A stretch of DNA of 64,000 bases from Takakia lepidozioides (taxonomy: Eukaryota; Plantae; Bryophyta): NCBI GenBank assembly GCA_030704615.1, contig CM060731.1, forward strand, positions 86,118,001-86,182,000. Direction: 5' to 3'. The translations under genes were made by a program, and so were the position numbers. Within the stretch, counting starts at the first letter, position 1; every line of letters begins with the position of its first letter. This document shows positions 63,232-64,000 of the stretch, piece after piece. Below the pieces are notes generated by a model. The model worked only from the letters and a program-made list of their open reading frames with translations, was not told the DNA's origin and did not search any database.

Positions 63232-63504
63232 CACCCATGTAGAAGGAGGAAGGGCTTAGATTTGTCTGGAGCTGCTAAATGTGAGACACCGTGTTCGATC
63301 AATAAAACAACCCATCGTACCTCACTTCTGTGTGCTTGTGTTTCATCGTGTTCAAGAACTGCCGTAATTGGCCCACTCTTTACAATTTGAGGTCTCATTT
63401 CTACAATGTGTCTGTCCATATGAATATACCAGAGTCAGCGATATCACAGTCCTGAGGTGAAGAAAATCCATGTATGAGTTGTAGGAAACATGTACACGCC
63501 GAAG

Positions 63505-63990
63505 CTTGGAAATTCGGCACCGCATTCCATTTTCTCCATGAAGCTTTTTCTGGCAGCTCCCTTTCCTCCGTTGTCGTCGTAACGGAAATGCTGTACAACA
63601 TTTCATTTCCTGACATGGCATTACCATACTTCGAATTTGAAATGCGGCGCCGCAACACCATATTCGACCTTGAACTATCCAAGCATGTCCAGTCGCTAAT
63701 GCTTGTCCATGTCCATACTTGAAATGCGGCACCGCATTTCCATGTCCGTCATCGAAATTTCGTACCGGACAATGAAATGCGGCACAACATTTCCTGAGAG
63801 CACAATGGAATGCGGTGCCGCATTTCCGTCGAAGGGTCTGGAATTAGACAAACAACGATGGAAGTTCTGGAAATGCGGCACCGCATTTCCATGTGTGTCA
63901 TCAAAATATCGAATCGGACAATGGAATGCGGTGCCGCATTTCCGTCCATCAAGACGGAATGCCCACACGGGTCTGGAATTGGACAAACAA
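63505..63990. repeat. Array of 20-bp palindromes GAAATGCGG(CA/CG/TG)CCGCATTTC within ~115-150-bp degenerate repeats
   Basis: Copies at ~63510, 63639, 63721, 63774, 63808, 63870 and 63924; also 52553, 52682 and 62352. Confidence 0.85.
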
Positions 63991-64000
63991 CGATGTCTGT

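Noticed and set aside
63505-63990. CRISPR-like array of palindromic repeats
   Set aside because: Spacing is irregular, the intervening sequences are themselves repeated, there are no cas genes, and the context is eukaryotic.

Overview
Nuclear DNA from a land plant, most likely seed-free given the style of its PLS-DYW PPRs and retroelements. It is repeat-dense and heavily rearranged. Left to right: (i) an internally deleted Ty3/gypsy element (1-2303, -); (ii) about 14 kb of degenerate tandem PLS-type PPR/E/DYW RNA-editing-factor sequence, whose N-terminal exons encode OSB-type 'PDF' motifs, arranged in two units bounded by Helitron-like ends (2650-17300); (iii) one host gene with an intact exon structure, a PMT/Methyltransf_29 putative pectin methyltransferase (21430-25846); (iv) a nest of chromovirus-type and Tat/Phygy-like gypsy pieces and Mutator/SWIM transposase remnants. 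The most striking content is inside this nest. An intron-containing gene fuses a ParB/Sulfiredoxin-like domain (WDGNHR) to a bacterial-type beta-class N4/N6 DNA methyltransferase (32489-36347, -). A divergent ParB-like paralogue with the same intron positions (39370-43087, +) runs directly into the PPT and LTR of a retrotransposon. A second diverged methyltransferase copy (61561-62100) lies next to an array of 20-bp palindromes. All copies here carry stops or frameshifts. Domain calls come from reading motifs by eye and need HMM or structure confirmation.
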